From positions 182,156,001 to 182,220,000 of the forward strand of contig OZ024740.1 in NCBI GenBank assembly GCA_964016885.1: a stretch of 64,000 nucleotides of DNA, read 5' to 3'. The notes below the pieces were generated by a model that was given only the letters and a program-made list of their open reading frames with translations, had not been told where the DNA came from and made no database searches. Source of the DNA: Eledone cirrhosa. Taxonomy: Eukaryota. Made by a program: the position numbers and the translations under genes. Position 1 is the stretch's first letter. Every line of letters begins with the position of its first letter. Shown here piece after piece: positions 39,176 to 53,534 of the stretch.

Positions 39176-41572
39176 TTGCTGAAGGCGACAGATGAAACCT
39201 GTGGCTGGAGCAGGCAGGAGGAGAATAACTTGGTGGTGGAACAGTAAGGTGGAGAGGTCAATCAAGGCCAAAAAGCAGGCTTGGAAAGCATGGCGGTATG
39301 GGGGAAGTAGAGAAGACCCAGGAGGCCAGGAGGGAAGCTAGGAGATAAATGTACTTCGCAAGAAGGGAAGCAGAGGAAAGAAAGTTCAAGCATGTTCTAC
39401 AACGCGAGGACCAAAAACGTGAGGTGTTCAGGATTGCTAGGCAATGTGTCAAGGAAAACAGTGATATTATTGGGGAGAAGTGTGTCCTAAATGATGATGG
39501 TGTACTTGCCATCACTGACGCTGATAAGAAGGTAGCTTGGTAGTGTCACTACGAAAGGCTACTAAATGAGGAGAATAATTGGGAGAAGACAGTCTCCCCC
39601 ACATTGACCCAATAGAGGGACCAGCAGTGCTAGTTGAAGGTAGTATAATAAGTAAGGGGATCAAAAACATGAAGACGGGCAAGGCGGCCGGGCCTTCGGA
39701 AATAGTTGCCGAAATGCTGAAAGCATCTGGAACGGTGGGACACACTATGGTCACCCGGATAGTAAACCAAGTCATACAGAATGGGGTCGTTCCGAAGGAC
39801 TGGTGCTGTAGCATCATCATTAACTGCTACAAGGGTAAAGGTGATGCCCTAGATAGGGGAAACTATAGAGGCATTAAATTAATTGACCAGGTCATGAAGG
39901 TCACAGAAAAAGTAATAGCGCAACTAATCAGAGAGCGAATTGATCTAGACGAAATGCAGTTCGGGTTTGTGTCAGGAAAAAGTACAACAGACGCTCTCTT
40001 CATTGTACGACAACTACAGGAGAAGTACCTAGCTAAAAGTAAACACCTATACTTAGCTTTTGTTGACTTGGAGAAAGCCTTTGACAGAGTACCCTGCTCG
40101 ATTATCTGGTGGGCCCTTAGAAAATTAGGTGTTGATGAATTGCTTGTGAGAGCTATACAAGCCATGTATAAAGAAACAGTCAGCAAGGTTAGAATTAACA
40201 ACGAATATAGTGAAGAGTTTAGCGTAAAAGTTGGTGTTCATCAGGGCTCCGTCCTTAGACCCCTACTATTTATTATTGCCATTCAGGTTATAACAGAGGA
40301 GTTCAAGACCGGCTGCCCATGGGAACTCCTATATGCAGATGATCTAACGCCCATAGCTGAATCAATGGCTGAACTAGAGAAGAAATTCCAAATATGGAAG
40401 CATGGCTTAGAATCAAAAGGCCTTAAAGTTAACTTGTCTAAGACTAAAGTTCTAGTTTGTAGGAAGGAAAATAGGGCACCAGTCCCATCTGGGAAATGGC
40501 CATGCTCAGTGTGTAGGAAAGGAGTAGGTAGAAACTCCATTTTATGTCCCAAATGCAAAGTATGGGTACATAAAAGATGTAGTGGGATCACAGGCAAGCT
40601 AACTAAGAATATAGATTTTATATGTGGCCGGTGCTCTGGTGCAATAAGTAGCAAGTGCCCACAGTATACTAACTCATTCCATTGCACAGATGGTTCTATA
40701 GAAAGAGTGGACAGCTTCCGTTACCTGGGTGATAAAATCAGCAGTGGCAGGCTGTATGATGCCTGCATACGAACAGCAATGTTACATGGCAGTGAGACCT
40801 GGGCATTGTGTGCAGAGGATATACGCAGACTGGAGAGAAACGAAGCTTGCATGCTCCACTGGATGTGTAATAGTAATATACGTGAATGGCAAAGCATAAA
40901 CGAACTAAGGGAGAAATTAGAAATAAGAGGGATCAGATGTTGATTACTCGACAGAAGACTACGTTGGTATGGTCACGTGATGCGCATGAAAGACGACAGC
41001 TGTATAAAAAAGTGCAGGGCAATGAAAATAGACGGTAGCCACGGAGTAGGCAGACCCAGAAAAACCTGGGACGACTTGATAAATTCCGACCTCACACACT
41101 TACACCTCTCCAAGACAATGTCACTGGACCGAGAGCTTTGGCGCTACACAGTAATAGAGAAGACCCGCCTTACCTAAGTACAAAGTGAAACCTACTACAG
41201 TCAGTAGGCACCTCTAACAAAATACACCCCCCGTCCCACTACCCACACTCCATCCACACCACCCCTTTCAATGTAAAGTTATGTTGGTGTCACAACAGCC
41301 CGAAACAAATGAGGTCGTGTAGGTGTCACGACAAAAAACACACAGTCCACGCTGTAATGTGGCCATGTAGGTAACACGGTAAAAACCTCCCAGTTCCACA
41401 TTGTAAATGTGCTTGGTGTTAGGAAGGGCATCCAGCTGTAGAAAACCAGCCAGACAGTCCTATGCGAGCAAGACAACTACTCTTGCCTCAAGTGGGAAAA
41501 CTCCTCTCCAAACCCATGCAAGCATGGAATATGGACGTTAAACAATGATGATGATGATGGTGATGATGATGA
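39176..41572 (+). mobile_element. 5'-truncated RTE LINE (family A) with in-frame 108-bp deletion
   Basis: ORFs 39349-39543, 39579-40943 and 40977-41177. SSGRLYDAC here versus SSGRGCSE...MKGRLYDAC in the other copies. (GAT)n tail. Confidence 0.95.
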
Positions 41573-42406
41573 GCATATTGAATAATAGCTGTGTTCTTTA
41601 AATACTCTCATCTTGTTTTCTGAGTTGAAATTCAGCTAAAGTCAATTTTGCTTTTCAACCTTTCTGGGAAGGGAGTGGGCAATAAATGAAGTGCCAGGCT
41701 CGGATAGTGTACTGGTGGAACCATTAGAATATCAGATAGGACGGCATGCCGTGTCTTTCAAGCTTTTTGCATTCTGAATTTTAATCTGGCTCTAACCTAT
41801 ATGGGCAGTAGAAATAAGTGATCACCCACTGTACCACCATCATCTTGCAGATGAGTATCTTTATCATCTTATAGAAGAGTATGTTTTATAACAAGCATTC
41901 AAGCCAGGTCGCTGATTTGACAATCAATTACTTACATCCATTTATTGTGGAAGCCCTGATAAGGGCATGGACATGGCCCTTCCTCCTCCTAATTAATTGA
42001 GAAAAAGAGGAATATTTACCAATATTCATTTTTACCTGAGAAATGTCACAAATCTAGAAGTGAATAGGTATTTTGTTTTATTTTATATTTGGATTGGTAA
42101 ATAATCACATCTTTAGATATAGGTGTTCAATGGTGAAAACATTGCTTCACTTCATTACCGATGACACGATAGCAATAAAGAAATATTAGTAACTCAATGC
42201 AGAACGAATGAATTTTGTATATTTTTCCCTTATGTTTACAACCTTTGGTGGTATATATTGTTTCCTTCTTAAAAAAACATGTATCTCCCTCTATATCTAC
42301 GTATATTTGGGAAAAGTAAAGAACTGTGAAACCGGTAAAGGAAATAAATGAATATTCTTAAAAAGACTCCAGTAGTATTTTCAATTTATTTTCCTTATAT
42401 ATATAT

Positions 42407-42744
42407 GGAGGCACATGGCTTAGTGGTTAGAGCATTGGCCTTGCAATCGAAAGGTTGTGAGTTCAATTCTCAGACCAGGTGATGTGTTGTTTCCTTGAGC
42501 AAGACACTTTATTTCACATTGCTCCAGTTTACTCAGCTGTAGAAATAAGATGATAGGGACTGGGGTCCATATCATTACACTGCAAAGTGGTCGTGCGTGG
42601 AGGTGCTACGGCAAAAAAGCACCCAGCACTCACTGTAAATGAGGTTGTTGTTAGGAAGGGCATCCAACTGTAGAAATCAAGCCAGAATCAGTTCCCATCC
42701 CACCCTTGCAAGCAGGGAAAAAGCAGACATAAAATGAAAATGAA
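42407..42744 (+). mobile_element. tRNA-headed SINE with RTE-derived 3' region
   Basis: A box TGGCTTAGTGG and B box GAGTTCAATTC, then CCTTGAGCAAGACAC. The 3' part is shared with RTE 3' UTRs, ends in an (AAAATG)n tail, and the element is flanked by (TA)n. Confidence 0.85.
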
Positions 42745-43075
42745 TATATATATATATATATAACCTAGTAGCATGGATAATGGAAGTTAATTGGTGATGA
42801 TGGTGATGGTATATATTAAATATATAATTATGGAATGAAGGTAATTTCCTCACTCAATAATTTAATTAAGTTTGTATTATTAAAATATGAACCTAACCAA
42901 TTAGAATGCACACTTAATCAGACAAACTCTCTAGTGTTTGGTGTCATGAAAATGCATCTGACACACCATGTAAGATGGTTGGTAATGAGAAGGGCACCAT
43001 GCTATAGAAACCATGCCTAAATTATGTCAGTGTTGCAAAAACCACTCTAATATTGGTTATCTAAAGGAAAAATGC

Positions 43076-43316
43076 ACCAGGAGACTGAGGTGGTATGGAC
43101 ATGTGATGCACATGGAGGATGACCGATGGGTGAAGAAGTGCCAGGCAATGCCAGCTGAAGGAAGACGTGGTAGAGGTAGACCACGAAAAACATGGGCGGA
43201 GGTGGTGAGAACAGACCTCAGATCACTGAAGCTCACGGTGGAGATGACGAAGGACCGTGACAAGTGGAGAGATGCTGTGCTGAATAAGACCCATCCCACC
43301 CTTGCAAGCAGGGAAG
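43076..43316 (+). mobile_element. 3' fragment of a third RTE family
   Basis: RRLRWYGHVMHMEDDRWVKKC...GRPRKTW, then CCCACCCTTGCAAGCAGGGAA. Confidence 0.85.
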
Positions 43317-43958
43317 AGCAGAAAAGTGATTGGTGATAGGAAAGCCAATCAGACATAAAAAGCCTGCCAAAATAAGGATTGGGAGGACCCTTCAGCTGTG
43401 TCAAAGACATGACAACATCTCTACTGTTGGTGCCATGATGAAAGGCACTTGTTAAAACATAGGACTGTATATAAGCAATATGCAGATACCTCTGGCCTGT
43501 CTCAGCAGTCCATAGCCCCACTTCAGTACTTATTCAGTCTGTGAAGACCAATCCAACTCTTGCTTCTGATGAAGGACCAATGTTTTGACACGTTTTCTAC
43601 TATATCAATCAATAAACTAGTATTTATCTTCATTGTACTATATTGTTTTCTTTGTTGTTTATTATTTATGTAGTGTGTGATGATGATATATATATATATT
43701 CATGTATAATATAATATTTACCTTGCATATGTTTAAATGTTTCAATACTTTGGTATTTTCTTAAAGTTTAGTTGTAGACGTGTATAAATATATTTTATAG
43801 TTTTTTTGAGAAAATAGGAAATACAAAAGACTCATAAACACCTACTAATCTTCTTTGAAAGAATGCAAATATACTTAATGTATGATATATTAATAAATAC
43901 TCTATGATGTCAAGTATTGAGCCCTTTCTTTTAACTATAGTCTCCTTGAAAGGTAATA

Positions 43959-44190
43959 TTGCTCCAGTTTACTCAGCTGTAGAAATGAGATGATAGGGAC
44001 TGGGGTCCCTATCATTCCACTGCAAAGTGGTAGTGGAGGTGCCACGGCAAAAAAGCACCCAGCACTCACTGTAAATGAGTTTGGTGTTAGGAAGGGCATC
44101 CAGCTGTAGAAATCAAGCCAGAATCAGTTCCCGTCCCACTCTTGCAAGCAGGGAAAAAGCGGACGTAAAATGAAATGAAAAATGAAATGA
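43959..44190 (+). mobile_element. 5'-truncated copy of the 42407 SINE
   Basis: Near-identical to 42519-42744. Contains the hairpin ATGATAGGGAC-TGGG-GTCCCTATCAT. Confidence 0.85.
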
Positions 44191-44941
44191 TATATATTAA
44201 ACATGGAAAGATTAAAACTCAAATTTCTAGTGCATGTATCAGCACAGAATCAATCTATCTTTAGTATCTGGAAACCTTAATATTTTGGGAAGGAAACATA
44301 TATTAAATGTGCGAAAATTTATTGTTTTCTATTGTTATGTCTATATTCATTATTTTACACTGTATTGAATATTATGATATAAATTTGCTGAAAACATGAA
44401 TATAAATGATTGAAAATGATGGAAAATAAGAGTAAAACTCTATTGTATGTATTATGGCAATATCTTGGGAATGAAGAAAACAAAATCGGTATTAGAAGAC
44501 CACCATTAACTCAAATAAGTAAAGCTTTGTAAATAATAGAAAATAAAAACAATGTAAGAAGCAAGTATTCCCATAACAGATCCAGCCACTGATTGTGCCT
44601 TGGAAGTATTTTAGGTTCTCTCCTTTATTTCTGTTTATTTATATATTTGTTTATTTATTCATTTTTTTAAAATTTCGTAGGGTTTTTTGTAGTTTTTTTT
44701 TGTAGGTTTCATTTTTTATTCTTTTATTTATTGACTTATTTTTGTGTTTTTTTTTTAGTTTTCATTTATTTTGTTATTTCTTTTACTTGTTTTACAAACG
44801 AATACATTGAAAACAAGTGAAAGCTCCAGCAAACAATATTTCTTAACTTTATGTATGATTTATTTCATACAAGAAAAATCAGTTTATGGAAACATTATTT
44901 ATGAGTAATGTTTTTCTCTCTGAACAACATAAGTTAAAAAA

Positions 44942-44981
<40 letters not shown>

Positions 44982-46106
44982 TAATAATAATAATAATAAT
45001 GATAATAATAATATAGTGAGTGAGAGCAAAAAAAAGTATATATTCTGTCCTGCTAAGACGGTTTTATTATGATTTTTTTTTTATCCATATATACCTTAGT
45101 CAATACATACTTAGTTATATTTTTAATGCTTGCCTTCTCATACACGCACATTAGAATTTTGGAATTTTCTACATTGATCAGAATTAAATCCATTTGATAT
45201 CATACATTGTGTAATTTCAATGATCTGCTAGTGCAGCCTTGAAGCATTCATGCAGATTTTCAATGCATATTTTTAGCTAATTATCAAAATCGTGCGACTT
45301 TCTGCTCCACATTACCCCAAGAAAAAATGATGACTATATTTACATAGTTAATTAAACAATCCATGCAAGGTTAAATAGAAAGCTTCAGAAAGAAAGCACA
45401 ATCTATTTCAAATGTTTTGATTACTTAAACATTTGCAAGGTACAATGGAAGTCATTTGAATGTCCTGTAACACACTTTTAAGTATAATGTTTAAATTTTC
45501 TAAGTACAATTATAGCGGCATTTTTAAAAATGTTACTGCATAATCATCATGAGGTTTTGCAACTGCATGGCACCTTCAGCAAATGCCTTCTATAGCCATA
45601 AGCTGAGCATTGCCTTGTGAGTTAATTTAGTTGGTGGAAACTGTGAAAGCCCATGATATAAATATTATTGGCATCCATCAGTCTCAAAAGACTATGGATC
45701 TGTGCCTGGAGAATTTTGTGTCAGCTGCTGATGATGGTATGGCATTTTTAGGGCATTTTTAAATCTGAGAGAGCTCATCTTCTCTCCAGTTTTGAGCAGA
45801 GCAGATTCTCCCAGAGAATGATTGAAATGGAAGTGAGAAAGATACATAGGAAGAATCGACCCCAGTACTACACTGGTATTTTGTTTATCAACCTTGAACG
45901 GCTGAAATGCAAAGTTAGCAGCATGTACCATACTTAAAATAAAGTATAGGTTGGCATTAAGAAGGACATCTAGCTGTAGATAATGATGATGTGGTTCATT
46001 CCTTGCATGTTCCGCTGTAATAGGTTATCCTAATAATATTATGATTTTTAAAATTAGTAACCGCAATATTTTGAGTAGAACATTTTTATTGTTTACCTCT
46101 ATATAA

Positions 46107-46325
46107 GGATGGTGGATTAGCAGTATCATTTGAGCATTGCACAACATAATTTGTGCCATACAGATATGGCCCTTTACATTCTAAGTTCAAATCCCTCAAA
46201 TCATTTTCTTTCATACTTATGGGATCAATAAAATAAAAGTATAAGTAATGCACTGGTGTTGTTTTGATTGACTTTCTCCTCCCCTTCGAATTGCTGGCCT
46301 TGTGCCAGAAATAGAAACAATTATT
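46107..46325 (+). mobile_element. tRNA-derived SINE (diverged)
   Basis: Same family signature (GTTCAAATCC; ATTGCTGGCCTTGTGCCAGAAATAGAAACAATTA). Confidence 0.75.
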
Positions 46326-46650
46326 TATTTCTATATTACTTACATTTCGCCCAGATTGACTATTAGTAATCATCTGTTGTTTTATTCTGAGTTGGCGACA
46401 TAGTCATATATATATATATGTGTGTGTGTATACATAAATCTACATAGATACATCTGTATGCAGATGTAATACATACATATTTACTTGTAGACATATGCAA
46501 ACACACACACTCGCACACATACAAATCCAATTATGGCAAGTTTTACTTTCAGCTTGCATACGAGAAAAAGTATAGGCAGATAAAATGCTGTTTTCTAATG
46601 TCTAACCTTATCAAAATACAATGGAAAGAATAGAAGGGAATCCTTTATTT

Positions 46651-46688
<38 letters not shown>

Positions 46689-47278
46689 TTTGTATATTAG
46701 GAATTGCTATAAATTGTTCAACATTATTAGCTGATATTCAGATCAAGTTGTATGGAAGAAAAGTTTTTCCAGAGCAAAATTAACCAACCAAAATATATGA
46801 GTTCATTCTGTTGAGGAAGATGAGAAATATCTTGTGACAAGGAGAGACTGGGTGAATGTGTGTGAGTGTGAGAGAGAGAGAAGGGGAGAGACAGTGGGAG
46901 GGAGGTGGGTAGAGTGAGAAAGTGGGAGAGAGATTTTTAAACTGTTTCACGACATTTACAAAAATTTGCTTGGAAAAGTTTCAAACAAAAGCAAGATTAT
47001 TGTTCAAGCTGACATTCTATACATCCTATAAGATTTTTTTCAGAAGAAACTGAAAAATAAGGAATCATTTACAATGTGCTTTTAACTCACATGTCCTCAT
47101 ATCCAGATACACATATTCACTCACCCACAAACACTCACATGTAGTAGCCAAACAACCAATAGATTAATTTCCTACATTCACGGTTATATAATGACTAGTG
47201 CATGCTCATGTCTCACACTGATTCTCTGTGTCACTCACACGCATTCTCCTTCTCATGCATCTGTCTTTATTTGCCTGT

Positions 47279-47355
<77 letters not shown>

Positions 47356-47529
47356 TAATGAATCTGAGTTTCATTTCCTTGCTGGAGCTATGTTTCAGTT
47401 ATTTGGTTCCCTAATGTCTTTGTAGAAGTTATGAGTAGCAGAGCCTTAATGTCCACAAAACTACAAATTCCATTCCTTGTCAGACAAACTACCTGGCCAT
47501 ATTAGGTTATAATGATATATAATGATAAT

Positions 47530-47685
47530 AATTGTTTCTACTTTTGGCACAAGGCCAGCAATTAACCAGTGCATTACTGGTACTTTATTTTATCGACTCT
47601 GTAAGGATGAAAGGCAAAGTGGGATTTGAACTCAGAATGGTAAGGGCCGTAATTCTATGCGTCAAAGCATGGCGTCCGACCATTG
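47530..47685 (-). mobile_element. tRNA-derived SINE
   Basis: Reverse complement of the family at 60889-61076. Confidence 0.85.
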
Positions 47686-47764
47686 TGTATAGTGCTCGGG
47701 AGCATATCCTAATTAGATTTCAATCTTAACACAAAATAAAATTGTCATTATTTACATGCAGACT

Positions 47765-48697
47765 CGCATTGTAGAACCTGGTTGAACTTCCCTTCTTACA
47801 AAGTACACTTGTCTCCTAGCTTCTCTGCTGGCCACTTGTTAGTGTTATCTACTTCCCCCATCCTGCCATACTTTCCAAGCCTGCTTTTGGCCTTGATTGT
47901 CTCCTCCACCTTACTGTTCCACCACCAAGTTACTCTCCTCTTGCAATAGGTCTGCTCCAGCCACAGATTTCATCTGTCACTTTCAGCAGGTTCACTTTCA
48001 AGAATTCCCACTGTCCCTCTATATTGTATGTCTCTAATTGCTCTTCCTTACTGTCAAAGGCATCAAGTAATAAGCTTTTAAATTTGTCACTGGCTATGGG
48101 GTCCTTCAACTTCCATATTCTTCTCCTCAAGGTTGTCCTCCCCTGTCATCGAGTATGTCTATTCCTGACTATGAGGTCACTAACTACTAGGCTATGTTGG
48201 GAGGTGCATTCTTCACAGGGGAGGGATTTAGTGTTTACATCAGACACTCTGTCACGTCCTCTAGTAAGGATATAATCTATATGGCTGACGTGTTCCCCTG
48301 ATTTTCTCGTTTTTTTTAAAGTTTGTGTTACTGATAGTTAGGTTATTAGCATCACAGAATTCCAGGATTCTGAAGCCTTCCTCATTTCTATTACCAAACC
48401 CATAGCCTCCATGGATTCCATGATAGCCATCACTATGTTGTCCAATGTGACCATTTAGGTTGCCAGAAATAATTAAGTAGTTGCTGTCGGTTATTTGGGA
48501 GGTAGTATGCATTAGTGACTCATAGAACCTCTCCTTTATAACGTCAGGTAGACCAGATTGGGCTGCATAAGCGGATATTATTGTCACAGTAGTTCTATTT
48601 AGGACTAGTCTTATTTTAATTATTCTGTCATTCACTCTATTTACGTCAATTACCTTATCTACCCATTTTTCAGCTAACATAATTCCTACTCCACCCA
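47765..48697 (-). mobile_element. Internal RTE fragment (endonuclease/linker), degenerate
   Basis: ORFs 48261-48680 and 47930-48130 are homologous to 2129-3667. Confidence 0.9.
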
Positions 48698-48710
48698 GAT
48701 ATATATATAT

Positions 48711-51440
48711 AAATAATAATAATGATAATAATGAAATTATTGTGTAAAGTGCTCAGGTGCACTACAACTCGTCAAAGATGCATGTATAGTACATAGAATA
48801 ATATACAAATGTGTATGGAGGGGGAACATTAGTTGTAGTGTTGGCGAATCTTGGGAAGCATGGAGGTTTTAAAGGATGCAGTGTTTCAACAGCTAACAAC
48901 CGATGCAGATAGTTTGTTCCATGCTTCAGCAACTCTGAGCGTGAAAAAATGTTTCCGAAAGTCATGGGAACTGTGCTGTTTTCTCACTTTGTGGGCATGC
49001 CCACATGTGTTAGACACATGGAAATCAAAAAGGTACACAGGGTTGTTGTTTGCAAGATGGTTAACAATTTTGTGGGTGTTTACCAAGTCAGTTGCCAGGC
49101 ATCGGAGCTTCAGTGTATCCATGCCCAGGGAAGCAAGGCACTAAGAGTATGGTAGATGCCTGATGGAGGGTATTCGCTTGGTTGCACGTCTCTGAACAGT
49201 TTCCAGGTGGTCAATGTTCTGAGCAAGATAGGGGTTCCAGACTGGTGATGCAAATTCTAAGTGTGGCCATGTACAGCCTTAAATAGATAGCTGGAGAGCG
49301 GCTGACAAAGGTCTTGCTGAGTGATACTAAGACACCCTCAGCCCCCTTGACAATTTTAGAGACGTGCTTCATCCAACCCAAATCGGTGCTGACTGTAATG
49401 CCCAGGTCACGTTCACAAGAGGACTTCTTGATATTAGTGCTGTGGGGGGAGTATGTGGACGCTGGGATTTTACTCCCAAAATGCATGGTGGTGCACTTGT
49501 CCACAGCTAGCTTGAGTTGCCAGTTTGAGATCAATTGTTGCATTGTGTCCAGGTCAGACTGCAAGCAAGATCTATAGTGTTCAGGATCTGTCCTTTTTAT
49601 CTCAAGGTACAAATTGATGTCACATATGTACTTTAGTACTGTGGCATCTATGTCATTAATATATGCCACAAACAAAAGGGAGCCAAGAACAGATCCCTGT
49701 AGTACATCAGATGACATCTCATATGGTGAGGAATGCTGTCCCAGAACAATGACTACCTCTCTTCGACTGAGATTGAAGGACTTCAACCAGTTAAAAGGAT
49801 CATCCTTCACACCCATTGCAGAGAGTTTTGCCATAAGCCTTTTGTGTGGCACAGAATTGAAAGCTTTCGCAAAGTCAAGGTAAACAACATCCACCCATGA
49901 GCCACCATCAGTGATCCGGGTGATGTCTTCAAGAAACTCGATAAGTTGATCACAGCAGCTGGAGTTGGGGATAAATCCAGATTGTGAGGGCCAGATAAGA
50001 CTGTGAAAGTTCCAGAAGTTCCAAAGTGTTTCTCTGACACAGGATTCCATCAGTTTGGCAATGCAACTTGTAATACTGACTGGACGATAGTTCACAGGTG
50101 ATGTGCGGTCACCCTTTTTAAACAGAGGAATGACACTGGCAGTTTTCCACTGTTCTGGAGTAGCACCATTGTTCAGACAGAATTGGAAGAAGCGTGATAG
50201 CTGGTGCAGAAGGAAGTACCCACCATGTTTAAGAAGCAGGTACATAACACCATCAAGACCAGGAGAGGCATGGTTGTGTTTATTTTTTAGATGATGTCGC
50301 AGCATTGCAGGTGTAAATTCCATGGTTGTAATAGAATCCGGTGTCATAGGTGGTGGAGATGGTATACTCTGGTCTTCAATAGTGAAAATGCCTGCATAGC
50401 ATTCAGCAATGAGCTTTGCATATTCCTTGGGGTCGTCAGTAACCTGGCTTGTGTGGGGATTGTGAAGAGGACCAACTGGAGAATCGAGGCATCTGCTTTG
50501 AGTGAATATACTTCCAGAACACCTTACTGTCATGGCTGGTTGCTATGCGCTGCTCACATTGAAGCACTGCCTTTTTTGTCACCTGTTTGAGGTGGTTGGA
50601 CGATCTATTTCGCCTCTTCCTATTAATGTCTGATTTGTGCAGTTTGTACTCACGTTCAGCATTGCAACGTTCTTTTCTGGCAAGACGGACTGCTGTAGTC
50701 TCCAATATTGCACTTTTGGGATGTTTTTTCCGCTTACGTGGCACCGATGCTGCACATGCTGTCCATATTGAGCTCATGATGTTCTGGAGTACAGTGTTGA
50801 CATCTCCAGAGTCATAGAACTCAAGCCAGTTTGGACGTTGCAACTCGGTGCAGTAACAGTTCCAGTCTGCGTTATTCCAGTCAAAGTGAGCAGTTTGGAT
50901 ATGGTTGTGGTTCTTGTTACTGCCCATGAGGGATAGATTGGCAATGATCTTAGCATGATCAGAGTCACCTAAAGGTTCCTCAGCAGTAACACTAATGACC
51001 GTTTCAGGAGTAGTGGTGAAGAGTAGGTCCAAAGTGTTGTCACCTCTTGTTGGGGAGGTGACTACTTGGGACCAATTCGAGTCCAGCACTAGCTCAACGA
51101 AGTCATTTGCACTTGGCGGCCAACGAAAGCTTTCCCAGTCAATCTTAGGGTGATTGAAGTCTCCTGCAATGAAAACATAAGTGGCTGTTTTCCTGGCAGC
51201 AGCTCTAAGGATATCACAAAGTTGAGTGTCCTGATAGTAATTTGGGGGATGGTAAACGACTCCAAGTAACAGTGTTGACATGGTCATATGTATATCGCAG
51301 AAAAAAACTTCCTGCTGTAATTGGTTCAAATCAACACAAGGAATTGCCAACAAATTTGACCGAACGTAGACCATTACACCACCACCACCACGATTAATGC
51401 GGTCTTTACAAAACTATGACTTTTGGAATAGAACTGCTCA
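48711..51440 (-). mobile_element. CR1-like LINE ORF2 (endonuclease + RT), 5'-truncated and frameshifted
   Basis: EN ORF 50436-51374 (VYHPP, AGDFNHP, TRGDNTLDLLFT, SDH). RT ORF 49211-50533 (NYRPVSITS, VVYLDFAKAFNSVPH, QGSVLG, ERDLG). The CR1-type C-terminus has RKHFFTLRV..WN and an (ATT)n-like tail. Confidence 0.9.
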
Positions 51441-51719
51441 TTTGCTTTAAATCATCAGGATGATCAAAGAAAATTCCTAATGATTTCATACGAATGAAAC
51501 AATCTGAAAGCTGTAAAAGTCATTTCAATATGAAATACATTTGTATTTTCTCTGCTAATGTATTAAATACCTTATTTAATTGAGTTCTATTTTACGATCC
51601 CCTTCAAAAAATTTATATATATATATATACAGAAATATATGGTTGAGAAAGCAAGACATTTAATAACAAAATTTATTCCTTACAGTGTTTCGTCCTTTAG
51701 GTACTTTTGCTTATATATA

Positions 51720-52555
51720 TCATCATCATCATCATCATCATCATCATTTTACGTCCGCTTTTCCCTGCTTGCAAGGGTTGGATGGGTCCTATTCAGCACA
51801 GCATCTCTCCATTTGTCATGGTCCTTTGCCATCGCCTCTGTGAGCTTCAGCAATCTGAGGTCCGCTCTCACCATCTCCACCCACGTTTTTCGTGGTCCTC
51901 CTCTACTGCGTCTTCCTTCTACTGGTCATCCTCCATACCACCGCAGTCTTCTCTCCTGCACACTACAACTTATCTCTCTTGTCACAGTTTCCCTCTCAAC
52001 TCATCTATGCTTGGTCGTTCACGCACATTAAAATTACACATCCAATGGAACTTGCTTGCTTCATTTCACTCCAGCCGTCACATATCCTCTGCAGTTGCTG
52101 CCCATGTCTCACTATCATGCAGCATCGCGCATCTCACACAGGCATCATATAACCGGCTTTTCGTATGCAGGGAGGAACCCTTCTTTGTCAACAGAGGAAG
52201 CAGCTCCCTAAATGTCTTCCAACCTGTCCTTTTTCTAGATACCATGGCCCCAGAACAACCCCCCCCCCATGCTAACCTGATCACCTAGGTATCCCCCACT
52301 TCTATAGAACCTACCTGCATTTGAAAAATGTGCCTATCACTGCGTTCCCCTACTGTCAAATTTCCCTTTACATCTACTTCATATGTATTTTTCCCTACCT
52401 GTTAGTTTGCCTGCTATCCCACTACATCTCTTGTGTACCCAAGATCTACATTGTGTACATTTTATAGAGTTTATGCCAGCTCTTTTCCTACATATCGAAC
52501 ATGGCCATTTCCCTGACGGAATCAGAATTTTGTCCTTTTTCCTAATTATCAACAC
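51720..52555 (-). mobile_element. 3' part of third RTE family (with PHD-type finger)
   Basis: PSGKWPCSIC...CTQCRSWVHKRC, GWKTFRELLPLL and a (GAT)n tail. An inverted RTE tail follows at ~52575-52624. Confidence 0.88.
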
Positions 52556-52810
52556 TATACATCTACATATATATGCTTGCATGGAAAATGGACGTTAAAT
52601 GGTGATGATGATTATGATGATGATATATTTATAAAACAAAAATAGAAAGTGAAATATTAGTTTAATGAATGATAATATTCATTACAATTGTTTCACTCAC
52701 AAATTACACTCAAAATCATTACAAAACATAAATATTATTGTAATGATGTGGTTCAACTCTGATATTATGAGATGTGTATAAATGGTGAGAGTTAAAGTCC
52801 CTCTATTACC

Positions 52811-53038
52811 TTACCCATTAACATTTAAACCAGCTCTATGCAGCCAGAATTCTCTCACCTCTTTTTGTTCAAACTGGCTGTAACTGGCCACTCATACTGA
52901 TTTTAAGGTATTCTTCTCAAAATAAATAATATCAAAATCTAATAGATTCGATATTAGGTGAGATAATTATGTAAGATAAAGCCTTTACTGTGAAAATAGA
53001 ATAGTATATAGATAGTAATGTAAATGCTAAAGGGTTAA
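52811..53038. mobile_element. piggyBac-like MITE (second copy)
   Basis: Homologous to 27595-27820; ends AATGCTAAAGGG-TTAA. Confidence 0.8.
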
Positions 53039-53233
53039 GGAAAAAAACAACACTTTATATAGGTTGCTTAATGATCCTGAATAAAATAAACCAAGATAAA
53101 TATGAAAGTAAAGATTAAAATAAGTTTATAACAAATATTAAAAAGCAAAATGTAAGATATGAAAATAAGAGTAATTTAAACATACATATAAATATATATA
53201 ATTAATAATTAATGGAAATGATGATATGATTAT

Positions 53234-53416
53234 TTATAAAATAGGTTATGGCATAGGGTGAAGACCCATAAAAGACAGAAAAAGAGGTTGCTATTGAATT
53301 GAACCTCAAATCCTCCAATACCTATCTGGTATCTAGGAGATATGAGGTTAAATTCCTCATAGCAGCCAATGGCAACTTTTTCTCCATCTTTTAAGGGTCT
53401 TCATTCTATTTTATAA
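53234..53416. repeat. Imperfect fold-back (hairpin MITE-like)
   Basis: Arms TTATAAAATAG..GAAGACCC.TAAAAGA..GTTGCTATTG..AACCTCA..ATACC, symmetric about 53325. Confidence 0.7.
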
Positions 53417-53534
53417 GTTATATTATAACATCTCTGCACATGAGCACATTACACTTTACATTAATTCTATATTCTCAGTACTTCAAAATCTGAGTGAACG
53501 GCTAAGTATATTGTTAAGTAATAATAGGCAATAA

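Noticed and set aside
42407-42480. tRNA gene
   Set aside because: A and B boxes are present, but the acceptor stem is not intact and the sequence runs into a SINE body and tail.
43561-43600. CTGATGA-AGGAC/GTTTT-GACA hammerhead-like motif
   Set aside because: GAAA is mutated and there is no stem I partner; at best a relic, so it is not listed as a feature.
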